NCBI GenBank assembly: GCA_045579105.1
Contig: JAZNLM010000109.1
Coordinates: forward strand, 1 to 54,625
Direction: 5' to 3'
DNA: 54,625 nucleotides
Source of the DNA: Candidatus Flemingiibacterium sp.
GTDB taxonomy: Bacteria; Bacillota; Clostridia; Oscillospirales; CAG-272
Both the position numbers and the translations under genes were made by a program. Under the pieces are notes generated by a model that saw nothing but the letters and a program-made list of their open reading frames with translations, did not search any database and was not told the origin of the DNA. Positions 17,995 through 27,004 of the stretch are shown here, one piece after another. Positions within the stretch are counted from its first letter, which is position 1. The number at the start of each line of letters is the position of its first letter.

Positions 17995-18729
17995 ATGGAA
18001 GCAGCAGATTACAAAGATAATGCCGCCCTGCTTGCACGTGTACGCGAAGGTGACACTACAGCAGAAGCAGAAATAATAGAGGCGAACACCGGTTTGATAA
18101 GAAGTATAGCTATGCGATTTCGTGAGCGTGCTGCAGAGAGCCACGGATGTGATTTTGAGGATCTTATGCAGATTGGTACGATAGGTATGATAAAAGCTAT
18201 AAAAAGCTATGATCCGTCATTTGGGACGGTTTTTTCAACATATGCAGTACCGCTTATAATAGGCGAGATCAAACGCTTTTTGCGCGACGACGGTCCTGTC
18301 AAGGTAAGCCGCACAACAAAGCGTCTCGGCGTTCAGGCTCTACGGGAACGAGAGGCGTTTATCCTGCGTTTGGGGCGTGAACCGACAGTAGACGAGCTTT
18401 CAGAGATATGCTCTGTCAGCCGCGAGGATTTGTGTACCGCGCTCCTTTCTATGAAAGCACCTCACTCTCTATCCGAGCCAATAGGTGATGACGGTGCACA
18501 GCTTGGAGAGCTGATTCCTACAGACGAAAATGAAGTTGACGGGCTATGTGACCGCCTTGCGCTTCGTGAAGCGATACAAGCCCTTCCAAAACAACAGCGG
18601 GAAATAGTGGTACTGCGATATTTTTGCGATATGTCACAGCAGCGAACTGCGGAACTGCTCGGTCTTACGCAGGTGAAGGTATCGCGCGAAGAAAAGAAGA
18701 TATTTTCAAAACTTCGCCAAGAGCTTTAA
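17995..18729 (+). CDS. sigF: RNA polymerase sporulation sigma factor SigF
   Basis: The ATG lies 1 nt after the spoIIAB stop. Motifs: NTGLIRSIAMRF..DLMQIGTIGMIKAIKSYD..FSTYAVPLIIGEIKRFLRDDGPVKVSR..LGLTQVKVSREEKK. Position third in the spoIIA operon supports the call. Confidence 0.9.
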   Translation: MEAADYKDNAALLARVREGDTTAEAEIIEANTGLIRSIAMRFRERAAESHGCDFEDLMQIGTIGMIKAIKSYDPSFGTVFSTYAVPLIIGEIKRFLRDDGPVKVSRTTKRLGVQALREREAFILRLGREPTVDELSEICSVSREDLCTALLSMKAPHSLSEPIGDDGAQLGELIPTDENEVDGLCDRLALREAIQALPKQQREIVVLRYFCDMSQQRTAELLGLTQVKVSREEKKIFSKLRQEL

Positions 18730-18778
18730 AATATGTGCTATTTTTCAAAAATGTGCACAACTTTCATAGCCCATCTCA

Positions 18779-18807
18779 TTGACTATAATTAACTCCAATG
18801 CTATAAT
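18779..18807 (+). promoter_or_regulatory. sigma-A-type promoter
   Basis: The sequence is TTGACT-17 nt-TATAAT, with RBS AGGAG 7 nt before the ATG at 18844. Confidence 0.5.
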
Positions 18808-18843
18808 TAGTTCAGAAAAACAAAACCGCTTAGGAGTAAAAAC

Positions 18844-19236
18844 ATGAGAACATACTGTATGCCAAATTCCCTTCTATTTTTCTCGCGCTACGCGTGGTAT
18901 CTTCGCGCACTCGGTACAAAAAGGGCCGAGCGCCACAAAATACTCGCTGATATAAATTCGGGACTTTTAAGCCGTGATACGCTCGATTCTGATTGGCAGC
19001 GCTCGCTTGAAAAGGAAATCGAATCGCTTCGCTCAAAAATGAAAGAGATTGAATACGTTGTCGAATCTCTCCCCGAAACGCCACAGCTTTTCCCTTGCAA
19101 GCTATTTCTTCGCTTATATTTCATCGTCGGACTCTCAATGACCGAGACGGCAGAAGAAATGAACGTAAGTATGTCCACGCTTCGCCGCATACGCGACCGC
19201 GCGGCACGCCATTTTGACGATTTTCCGCCTATGTAG
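18844..19236 (+). CDS. small sigma-70 region-4-like HTH protein (130 aa)
   Basis: The C-terminal sequence KLFLRLYFIVGLSMTETAEEMNVSMSTLRRIRDRAARHF has the pattern of sigma region 4.2 / phage and ICE sigma-like regulators. The N-terminal half is coiled-coil-like. No region 2 is present. Confidence 0.6.
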   Translation: MRTYCMPNSLLFFSRYAWYLRALGTKRAERHKILADINSGLLSRDTLDSDWQRSLEKEIESLRSKMKEIEYVVESLPETPQLFPCKLFLRLYFIVGLSMTETAEEMNVSMSTLRRIRDRAARHFDDFPPM

Positions 19237-19290
19237 CGGTAAAAGCAAAATGCGGCTTTTTTGAAAAAAGCGACCTTTCTCCCCATAGAC

Positions 19291-19321
19291 AAAAAGCCAC
19301 GGATTTCTCCGTGGCTTTTTC
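19291..19321. terminator. bidirectional intrinsic terminator
   Basis: The hairpin AAGCCACGGA-tttc-TCCGTGGCTT is flanked by A and T runs between convergent genes. Confidence 0.8.
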
Positions 19322-19322
19322 A

Positions 19323-19652
19323 TCAGGTGTTTCTGTCAACTACCTTCATTTTTTTAAGGTTGCCGATTTTCTGTGAGCGTGCATCAAGCTCATCGAGTAC
19401 ATCTTCAAGTGCAAGACCTCGCTCGTTCATCATAACGGTAAGATGGTAAATGAGGTCAGCAAGCTCGTTTTTAAGCTCTTCGTTGTCGCCGTTTTTAGCT
19501 GCGATTATCGTTTCGGAGCACTCCTCGCCAACTTTTTTGAGAATCTTATCGAGTCCTTTTTCAAAAAGATAGCATGTGTACGAACCTTCCTCTGGGTTTA
19601 CCTTGCGGTCCGCAACAACCGCATAAAGGTCTTTTAATACGTTGTCATTCAT
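19323..19652 (-). CDS. hisE: phosphoribosyl-ATP pyrophosphatase
   Basis: This 109 aa protein has the MazG-like motifs SYTCYLF..KILKKVGEECSETIIAAKN..ELADLIYHL. It is the last gene of the his operon. Confidence 0.9.
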   Translation of the reverse strand: MNDNVLKDLYAVVADRKVNPEEGSYTCYLFEKGLDKILKKVGEECSETIIAAKNGDNEELKNELADLIYHLTVMMNERGLALEDVLDELDARSQKIGNLKKMKVVDRNT

Positions 19653-19654
19653 AA

Positions 19655-19999
19655 TTATTTCTCCTCACATTTCATTAAATCTCTATAGAAACACGTACGT
19701 GCACCGGTATGACACGCCGCGCCCGTCTGGAGCACCTTAACAAGCAGCGTGTCCTCGTCGCAGTCATAGGACAGAGAAATCACCTTTTGCTTGTGACCGC
19801 TCGTTGCGCCTTTATTCCAAAGCTCGCCGCGTGAACGGCTCCAAAACCACGTATAACCCGTATCAAGTGTAAGTCCGAGCGACTCTTTGTTCATATACGC
19901 CAGCATCAGAACGTCGCCATTCTCAAAATCCTGCACAATAGCGGGGATAAGCTCGCCCTTCTTGAAAAATACGTCTAAATCTCTGCTCTTGTCTATCAT
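19655..19999 (-). CDS. hisI: phosphoribosyl-AMP cyclohydrolase
   Basis: This 114 aa protein has the motifs [39 protein letters not shown]...G.ACHTG..CF. Confidence 0.9.
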   Translation of the reverse strand: MIDKSRDLDVFFKKGELIPAIVQDFENGDVLMLAYMNKESLGLTLDTGYTWFWSRSRGELWNKGATSGHKQKVISLSYDCDEDTLLVKVLQTGAACHTGARTCFYRDLMKCEEK

Positions 20000-20754
20000 A
20001 ATCTTACCGGTATTCCCTTTCTCTTCAAGTGCTCTTTAACTTCTCTAACAGACAATTCACGGAAATGGAACAGACTAGCCGCAAGTGCCGCATCACATCC
20101 CGTTTGTTCGAAAACGTTCGAGAAATGGTCAAGATTTCCACCGCCACCCGAAGCAATAACGGGTATTTTTACCCTCTCGCATACAGCGCGCGTTAGCTCA
20201 ATATCAAAGCCGTTTTTTGTGCCGTCGGTGTCCATAGAAGTAAGCAGAATTTCGCCAGCACCGAGTCTTTCGGCTTCGGCAGCCCATTCAACAGCATCAA
20301 TGCCCATGTCCTTGCGGCCACCGTTTATGTAAACCGTAAAATGTCCGTCATCACAACGCTTTGCGTCTATTGCGAGCACCACGCACTGACTGCCGAATTT
20401 ATCAGCTGCATCGGCGATTATACGCTTATTAAGCACCGCCGCGGAGTTCACAGCGACCTTATCTGCACCCGCGAGCAGTATCTCGCGAAAATCATCAACC
20501 GTGCGTATACCACCGCCGACAGTAAGCGGCATGAAAACCTCTCTCGCCGTGCGCTCAACTACGTCTACTATCGTCTTACGCATATCGCTCGACGCAGTAA
20601 TATCGAGAAAAGTAAGTTCATCCGCACCCTGACCGTTGTAAAATTTCGCGCTCTCGACGGGGTCGCCCGCATCACGAAGTCCGACGAAATTTACGCCCTT
20701 GACAACGCGGCCATCCTTAACGTCAAGGCACGGTATTATTCTTTTTGAAAGCAT
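19996..20754 (-). CDS. hisF: imidazole glycerol phosphate synthase, cyclase subunit
   Basis: Motifs: [60 protein letters not shown]. Confidence 0.93.
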   Translation of the reverse strand: MLSKRIIPCLDVKDGRVVKGVNFVGLRDAGDPVESAKFYNGQGADELTFLDITASSDMRKTIVDVVERTAREVFMPLTVGGGIRTVDDFREILLAGADKVAVNSAAVLNKRIIADAADKFGSQCVVLAIDAKRCDDGHFTVYINGGRKDMGIDAVEWAAEAERLGAGEILLTSMDTDGTKNGFDIELTRAVCERVKIPVIASGGGGNLDHFSNVFEQTGCDAALAASLFHFRELSVREVKEHLKRKGIPVRL

Positions 20755-20756
20755 AT

Positions 20757-21476
20757 TTAATTTCCTTTCGAAACGTCTATCGCTTCTCTTAAATCAAGCG
20801 AACCCGAATATATAGACTTTCCGCAAATTGCGCCGTACAAATTCATCTTCGTAAGGTCGCGTATGTTGGAAATATCACGTATACCGCCGCTTGCAATCAC
20901 GTTTATATCTACCGCAGATGCGAGTGCGGTAAGTTGTTCGAGGTTTGGTCCTTCAAGTGTGCCATCCTTCGAAATATCAGTGAAAATTATGTATTTCACG
21001 CCGACAGCCGCCATTTCGCGCGCAAGGTCGATATAGTTGACGTTTGAGCCTTCAATCCAACCTGCGGTCTTAACCATTCCGTCCATAGCGTCGATACCAA
21101 CGGCAATACGCTCGCCGTATTTATCAACGGCTTCTTTTACAAGTGCCGGATTTTTAAGTGCCGCCGAACCAATTATAACTCGCTCAACACCTTTGTTTAT
21201 ATAATAGTCTACGGTGTCCATATCTCGCACACCGCCACCTACCTCAATCGGCACATTGACTTTTCTCGCAACTTCGGTGTAAATGTCCGCGTTGATGCGA
21301 CTTCCCTCTTTTGCACCGTCGAGGTCTACCATATGTATAAACTCCGCGCCTGCTCTCTCAAACGAAAGCGCGGTTTCGATAGGATCAGCCGCAACCTTTT
21401 CTGCTGTGCCGTATTCGCCCTTGGTAAGGCGTACACATTTACCGCCGAGTATATCAATCGCAGGTAATATTATCAT
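20757..21476 (-). CDS. hisA: 1-(5-phosphoribosyl)-5-[(5-phosphoribosylamino)methylideneamino]imidazole-4-carboxamide isomerase
   Basis: Motifs: [50 protein letters not shown]. Confidence 0.92.
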   Translation of the reverse strand: MIILPAIDILGGKCVRLTKGEYGTAEKVAADPIETALSFERAGAEFIHMVDLDGAKEGSRINADIYTEVARKVNVPIEVGGGVRDMDTVDYYINKGVERVIIGSAALKNPALVKEAVDKYGERIAVGIDAMDGMVKTAGWIEGSNVNYIDLAREMAAVGVKYIIFTDISKDGTLEGPNLEQLTALASAVDINVIASGGIRDISNIRDLTKMNLYGAICGKSIYSGSLDLREAIDVSKGN

Positions 21477-22083
21477 TTACAATCCTCCAGAAGCTTCGAA
21501 GAATGTCAAGTCCCACGCGCTCACTCTTTTCGGGGTGAAACTGACAGCCATATACGTTTCCGCTTGCTACTATCGCCGTAACTTCACTGCCATAATCAGT
21601 AACCGCCACGAGATTTGAACGGTCTTTAACAAGCGCCTTATATGAGTGTACGAAATACACCTGATCGCCGTCTTTTAAGCTTGAAGCAATAGGCGAAGCG
21701 TTTACAAGAAGAAGCTCATTCCAACCCATATGCGGTACTTTAAGCCCTTCTTCTTCGATTTTGACAATCTCACCGCCGATAAGCGAAAGGCCATCACATT
21801 CGCGAAATTCAAAGCTCTTATCAAAGAGCAGCTGCATACCAAGGCAAATGCCGATAAGCGGCTTGTTTTTTACGTATTCGCGGATAAACTCATCAAGTCC
21901 CGTTGAACGAAGGCGCTCCATTGCATCCGGAAAAGCTCCGACACCGGGCAAGATAAGTCCGTCCGCCTCAGAAAGTTCGTTCACGTCGCAGGACACAAAT
22001 GACTCTGCACCAATAAAATCAAGCGCGTTCTTAACAGAATGGAGATTACCCATTCCATAGTCAATAATTCCAATTTTTCTCAT
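21454..22083 (-). CDS. hisH: imidazole glycerol phosphate synthase, glutaminase subunit
   Basis: Motifs: IGIIDYGMGNLHSV..LILPGVGAF..GICLGMQLL..HMGWN..YFVHSY..QFHPEKS. The 3' end overlaps the hisA start by 23 nt. Confidence 0.92.
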   Translation of the reverse strand: MRKIGIIDYGMGNLHSVKNALDFIGAESFVSCDVNELSEADGLILPGVGAFPDAMERLRSTGLDEFIREYVKNKPLIGICLGMQLLFDKSFEFRECDGLSLIGGEIVKIEEEGLKVPHMGWNELLLVNASPIASSLKDGDQVYFVHSYKALVKDRSNLVAVTDYGSEVTAIVASGNVYGCQFHPEKSERVGLDILRSFWRIVNDNITCD

Positions 22084-22102
22084 ATTTCCAGCAAAACCTC
22101 AT

Positions 22103-22684
22103 TTAAAGCACACCTTTTGCGGAAAGCACCGCATCGCGCGGCTTTATGGCATACGCAAGAGCGTGCGCAAACGCCTTGTAAATCGCCTCGACACAGTGGT
22201 GATCGTTAGTACCGTAAAGAAGCGCAAGGTGAAGCGTTGCACCCATATTAAACGCAACCGCACGGAAAAACTCCGCGGTCATCTGTGTATCATATTCGCC
22301 GATCATAGGCGAAGTGGGCGTGTAGTCGCACACGATATACGGTCTGCCTGAAACGTCGATAACAGCTCTTGCAAGTGCTTCGTCCATAGGAATAAACGAT
22401 GTTGCATAGCGCATGATCGCTCCTCTCTGCTTGACTATATCCGCAAGCAGCTTGCCGTACACAATTCCCACATCCTCAATAGTGTGGTGGCAGTCTACGT
22501 GAAGATCGCCCGCCATTTCAAGCTCGATAAGCGAGCGCGAATGTATTGCCACGGAATTGAGCATATGGTCAAAAAATCCGATGCCGCTCGTTCCACGAAG
22601 ACCGAAGCCTTCTGTTTTGCCGAAATCGACCGACATTTTTATCTGTGTTTCAAAAGTGTTTCTTGTAAGCTCTGCTCTGCTCAT
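22103..22684 (-). CDS. hisB: imidazoleglycerol-phosphate dehydratase
   Basis: Motifs: R.T.ET.I..GIGFFDHML..GDLHVDCHHTIEDVGI..DHH..EA..KA.A.AL. Confidence 0.92.
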   Translation of the reverse strand: MSRAELTRNTFETQIKMSVDFGKTEGFGLRGTSGIGFFDHMLNSVAIHSRSLIELEMAGDLHVDCHHTIEDVGIVYGKLLADIVKQRGAIMRYATSFIPMDEALARAVIDVSGRPYIVCDYTPTSPMIGEYDTQMTAEFFRAVAFNMGATLHLALLYGTNDHHCVEAIYKAFAHALAYAIKPRDAVLSAKGVL

Positions 22685-23748
22685 TTGATAACCTCCGAAA
22701 ATTCCTCAAGGAATATATCGCATTCCTCTCGCGTACCTGCAGAAACGCGGATGTATCCGCCCATCATACAGCGTATTGCAACGCCTCTCGCCATAAGCGC
22801 ATCGAACACTTCACGCGCATCCTCGGGCGAGGACATTTTAATATATACGAAATTCGCCGCAGTCGGACAAATACGCTCAATCTTGTCTGTTTTGATACCC
22901 TCAATACCACAGCGCAGATAAACAAGGTTTTTACGTATTTCAGCAATCCTTTCTCGGATTTCATTGTAGTGCGAAAGAATTATCTTACCGAAAACCTGCG
23001 ACACGCTGTTCACATTATACGGACTCTTTATCTTACGAAGTGCGCTCGAAATTTCGGTGCCCGCTATGGCAAAACCGAGTCGGAGTGCCGCCGCGCCGTA
23101 TGCCTTGGACATCGTTTTGAGAACGATGAGATTATCGTACTTTTCGATAAGATCAATAACGCTCTCGTTCTTTTCGGAGAACTCCATATACGCTTCGTCC
23201 ACAACGACAAGTGCATCGGTTTTCTTGATAAACGCCTCGATATCCGCCCTCGGGCATACAAAGCCTGTTGGATTGCATGGATTTGAGAAGATAACAAGCT
23301 TTGCGCCCGTTTCGTTTACAGCATCAAAAAGCTTGGTAAAATCAATCTCAAAGCTTTCACTCTTTATAAATTTTAACGCATTCGCGCCTGCAAGAGTCGA
23401 ATAGAATTCATACATCGAAAAGTCAGGCAGAACCACAGCAACAGTGTCGCCGTTTTCGATAAGTCCGCCTGCGATAAGGCTTATAAGCTCGTCCGAGCCG
23501 TTTCCGGCTAGTACATTATTGGAGTTTACACTGTAGATGCCAGAAAAGGCCTTTACAAGATCTGTGGCATAAGGATCTGGATAGCGGTTAAAATCTAGCG
23601 AATACACAGCTGCGGCAAGCTCGTCAAGCACTGCCTTTGATGGCAAAAATGGGCTTTCGTTCGCATCAAGGTGAACACGGCAGGGCATCATATTTGGTTT
23701 GTATTCTTCAAGGTCACGTACCTTTTGGGGAATAAGGTTTTTTATCAT
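22681..23748 (-). CDS. hisC: histidinol-phosphate aminotransferase
   Basis: This 355 aa class-II aminotransferase has the motifs LDANESP..YPDP..GNGSDELI..FSNPCNPTG..VVVDEAY.EF..TMSKAYGAAALRLGF. Confidence 0.9.
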   Translation of the reverse strand: MIKNLIPQKVRDLEEYKPNMMPCRVHLDANESPFLPSKAVLDELAAAVYSLDFNRYPDPYATDLVKAFSGIYSVNSNNVLAGNGSDELISLIAGGLIENGDTVAVVLPDFSMYEFYSTLAGANALKFIKSESFEIDFTKLFDAVNETGAKLVIFSNPCNPTGFVCPRADIEAFIKKTDALVVVDEAYMEFSEKNESVIDLIEKYDNLIVLKTMSKAYGAAALRLGFAIAGTEISSALRKIKSPYNVNSVSQVFGKIILSHYNEIRERIAEIRKNLVYLRCGIEGIKTDKIERICPTAANFVYIKMSSPEDAREVFDALMARGVAIRCMMGGYIRVSAGTREECDIFLEEFSEVIK

Positions 23749-23755
23749 AATTTAC

Positions 23756-25027
23756 TCACTTTAATCTCTGTAAAATGGAATTTGCGTGTGCGGAGAGTCC
23801 CTCTGCGTTAGCAAAAGTAACCACCTTTTCTCCAACGGCCTTGAGCGCGTCATCGCTGTAGTAGAGGTAGCTCGACTTCTTAATAAAGCTGTCCACACCG
23901 AGTGCCGAAGAAAATCTCGCAGTACCGTTAGTCGGCAGGACATGGTTAGGTCCTGCAAAATAGTCGCCAAGCGGCTCGGGAGCGTTGTCGCCAAGGAATA
24001 TCGAACCCGCATTTTTAACAAGCGAAAGTGCCTCAAACGGGTTAGCAACAGCAAGCTCAAGGTGCTCGGGCGCGATTTTGTTGGAAAGATCTATAGCATC
24101 CCTTATGTTATTAACCACGATAATTGCGCCGTATGCATCAAGCGAACGCTCAATAATATCGGCGCGAGAAAGCTCTGCCTTCTGGAGTTCAATTTCTGCC
24201 ATAACTTCGTCCGCAAGACTCTTTGACGTGGTAACAAGTATAGATGCCGCCATCGGATCGTGCTCTGCCTGACTCATAAGATCAGCTGCAACGTACGCGG
24301 CATTTGCGCGCTCGTCTGCAACAACAAGCACCTCGCTCGGTCCTGCGATCATATCAATGTCAACTGCGCCGAATACGAGCTTCTTCGCCATAGCAACGAA
24401 AATGTTGCCGGGGCCAACAATCTTGTCAACTCTCTGTACGCTCTCTGTGCCGTAAGCAAGAGCTGCAACAGCCTGTGCGCCGCCAACTTGAATAATATCG
24501 TCAACGCCTGCAACCATCGCTGCGTAAACAACGGCAGGATTGATGCCTTCTTTCTTCGGCGGTGTTACAATGACGATCTTCTCAACGCCGGCAACCTTAG
24601 CGGGAATGGCGTTCATAAGCACGCTCGACGGATAAGCCGCCGTACCGCCCGGGACGTAAAGCCCGACCTTTTCAAGCGGACGAACAAGCTGTCCCATAAC
24701 CTTGCCGTCGCCGTTAGTCATCCACGAATTCTGCTTCTGCTTTTCATGGAACGCCCATATATTAGCGGCCGCCTCGTCTATGGTAGCCTTTAATTCATCG
24801 GGAACACGTGCGATAAGCGCGTTCTTTTCTTCTTCGGTAAGGTAGAAATTATTAAGCGTTACCTTATCGAATTTTTCCGTGTATTCTTTAAGTGCCACAT
24901 CTCCGTTTTTACGTACGTTTGCAATAACATCTGCAACCGTCGCCATTATCTCAGGCGAGATGTTCTCTGCACGCTCCGCGAGCGTCGCGAGAAGCGCCTC
25001 TGTTTGTGTTTTATCGTAAAGCTTCAT
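23756..25027 (-). CDS. hisD: histidinol dehydrogenase
   Basis: This 423 aa protein has the motifs GLYVPGGTAAYPSSVLMNAIPAKVAGV..GGAQAVAALAYGT..IAGPSEVLV.AD..QAEHD..APEHLEL. Confidence 0.93.
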   Translation of the reverse strand: MKLYDKTQTEALLATLAERAENISPEIMATVADVIANVRKNGDVALKEYTEKFDKVTLNNFYLTEEEKNALIARVPDELKATIDEAAANIWAFHEKQKQNSWMTNGDGKVMGQLVRPLEKVGLYVPGGTAAYPSSVLMNAIPAKVAGVEKIVIVTPPKKEGINPAVVYAAMVAGVDDIIQVGGAQAVAALAYGTESVQRVDKIVGPGNIFVAMAKKLVFGAVDIDMIAGPSEVLVVADERANAAYVAADLMSQAEHDPMAASILVTTSKSLADEVMAEIELQKAELSRADIIERSLDAYGAIIVVNNIRDAIDLSNKIAPEHLELAVANPFEALSLVKNAGSIFLGDNAPEPLGDYFAGPNHVLPTNGTARFSSALGVDSFIKKSSYLYYSDDALKAVGEKVVTFANAEGLSAHANSILQRLK

Positions 25028-25044
25028 TTTAAAATTTCCTCTGT

Positions 25045-25671
25045 TTATTCTTCAATCTGCGCCTGCATACGCATAACAAACTCGTCAATTTCGGCTTTTT
25101 TGAGCTTTATAGCCGCCGTATTGACGATAAGACGTGTGGAAATATATGCCACGTCCTCGTAAACCTCAAGTCCGTTTTCACGAAGCGTTGAGCCGGTTTC
25201 AACGATATCAACAATAGCATCAGCAAGATTAAGGAGCGGTGCAAGCTCAACCGAACCTTCAATTTTAACAATCTCCACGTCAATACCTTTGCTGTTAAAA
25301 TAATTCTTTGTTACGTTTGGATACTTGGAAGCGATTATTTTGTGGGTATAACCCTCATAAAAATCCTTGCCCTTGATTCCTGCAAGCGCAAACTTACACT
25401 TGCCGAAATTAAGATCAAGCAGCTCGTGGAACCACTTGCCGTGCTCCATTATAGTGTCTTCGCCAACGATACCGACGTCGCAAACACCGTGTTCAATATA
25501 GGTGATAACATCTGCCGCCTTTGCGAGCACTACCTCAATTTCGTCGTTTCCGAGCTTAAAAATAAGCTTTCTTCCCTTTTCGATAAGTTCGGAGCAGTCA
25601 TATCCTGCCGCAGCCAACATTTCAACGGCTCTTTTCTCAATTCTGCCTTTGGTGAGAGCTATTCTTATCAT
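25045..25671 (-). CDS. hisG: ATP phosphoribosyltransferase, short (HisZ-dependent) form
   Basis: This 208 aa protein lacks the C-terminal regulatory domain. Motifs: IALTKGR..DVGIVGEDT..IASKYPN..DIVETGSTLRENGL. Confidence 0.9.
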   Translation of the reverse strand: MIRIALTKGRIEKRAVEMLAAAGYDCSELIEKGRKLIFKLGNDEIEVVLAKAADVITYIEHGVCDVGIVGEDTIMEHGKWFHELLDLNFGKCKFALAGIKGKDFYEGYTHKIIASKYPNVTKNYFNSKGIDVEIVKIEGSVELAPLLNLADAIVDIVETGSTLRENGLEVYEDVAYISTRLIVNTAAIKLKKAEIDEFVMRMQAQIEE

Positions 25672-26843
25672 TACTTTGCTCCTCCCGTAAGATCAATTAC
25701 TTTATCGATATTCATCGCTTTCGCATATGCTTCGGTTGCTTCGAGCGTATCAAACACAGACATCTCGCAAACCTTGCCGTCCTCGGCATAGCTGTTTTTA
25801 AGCTTCATCGCTTCGCCAAGGCTGTCTGTATTAAAGAAAACGATGGCATCTGCAGTCTTGATTTCGGGAAGCTTGCACGACTTTATAAGAGCATCGCACA
25901 CAGCGCACACGTTTATCGCAAATCCAGTTGCAGGAACGTCGTAGTCGAACTGACAAAGAAGCTTATCGTATCGTCCGCCCTTGAGTACGGGTTCGCCAGC
26001 ACGGTCAATGTATCCGCGCATTACCGTGCCCGTGTAGTAATCAAACTTATGAACCATACTCATGTCGACCATAATGTAGTCACCGTATCCTGCCGCACAA
26101 AGTGCCGAATAAAGCGAGCGCACATAGTCAAGTGCAGCAAGCGCATCGGTGTTACCATGTGCAAGCGCTGCCGCCTTATCGAAAACCTCTTCGTTTCCGT
26201 AAAGAAGCGGAAGCTTTCTGATAACATCGTTCTGCAAATTTTTGTCAAACATACCGAGCGAAACGAAGTTCTTCGCTTCAACGAAGCTTCGAACAGTCAT
26301 TATCTCGTCATCAGTAAGATGCATTTTTGATACAAGCGCGTTGAAGTATCCGACATGACCGATTTCAAGCTTGAAGTTAAGTCCGAGTGTTTTGAGTGTA
26401 TCAAGTGCAGTAGTTATGCAAAGCAGATCGCTTTTGAAGCCGCCCACGCCTACAAGCTCAATACCGCTCTGAAGTACTTCATTTCGCATACCCGAATAGT
26501 CGCTGTTTACGCGATAGATATGCTGATTGTAGTAATGCTTCTGCGGCAGGGGTGCATTTTTGAGTTTCGTCGCCACAACACGTGCGATAGGCGTTGTGTT
26601 ATCAGGACGGATAACGAGCAGATGACCGGTGTTATCGGTGAGTTTATAGATGTTTTCTTCTTTGAGCGAGGGATTTACCTTTGCGAAAAGGTCGTAATTC
26701 TCTACCGCAGGAGTGGAGATGCGCGAAAAGCCTGCACTTTCATATACACTGTTGAAATCGTCGCATACCGCGTCGTAAAGGCGCGCTTCGCGGTAAAGTA
26801 AATCACGAGTACCCTCGGGAATTGTTAAGTTAAGCTTTGGCAT
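25671..26843 (-). CDS. hisZ: ATP phosphoribosyltransferase regulatory subunit (HisRS paralog)
   Basis: This 390 aa protein has a class-II aaRS-like core (PEGTRDLL..) without an anticodon-binding signature. It overlaps the hisG start by 1 nt and is the first gene of the operon. Confidence 0.85.
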   Translation of the reverse strand: MPKLNLTIPEGTRDLLYREARLYDAVCDDFNSVYESAGFSRISTPAVENYDLFAKVNPSLKEENIYKLTDNTGHLLVIRPDNTTPIARVVATKLKNAPLPQKHYYNQHIYRVNSDYSGMRNEVLQSGIELVGVGGFKSDLLCITTALDTLKTLGLNFKLEIGHVGYFNALVSKMHLTDDEIMTVRSFVEAKNFVSLGMFDKNLQNDVIRKLPLLYGNEEVFDKAAALAHGNTDALAALDYVRSLYSALCAAGYGDYIMVDMSMVHKFDYYTGTVMRGYIDRAGEPVLKGGRYDKLLCQFDYDVPATGFAINVCAVCDALIKSCKLPEIKTADAIVFFNTDSLGEAMKLKNSYAEDGKVCEMSVFDTLEATEAYAKAMNIDKVIDLTGGAK

Positions 26844-26926
26844 AATTTTTGCTCCTTTTTGCCTTGAAGCGTTTTTTTACTGCGCTGTCACGCAGTGTGA
26901 CAGCATAAATACTTTAGTATGGTAAT

Positions 26927-26955
26927 ATGATATCACAATAAATCAAATATGTCAA
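26927..26955 (-). promoter_or_regulatory. sigma-A-type promoter of his operon
   Basis: The minus strand reads TTGACA-17 nt-TATCAT (with TG two nt upstream). It leaves a ~75 nt 5' UTR containing the hairpin GCTGTCAC-actgc-GTGACAGC. Confidence 0.5.
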
Positions 26956-27004
26956 CTGTCATATTTGACGATAAACGTACCATACCTTGAAAATTTTTGT
27001 AAGA

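Noticed and set aside
26844-27004. His T-box or an intrinsic polC terminator in the polC-hisZ gap
   Set aside because: No T-box sequence (..GGTGGTACCGCG..) is present and the gap is too short. On the transcribed minus strand, the GC hairpin at ~26884-26904 is followed by an A-run, not a U-run, so it is not a canonical terminator.
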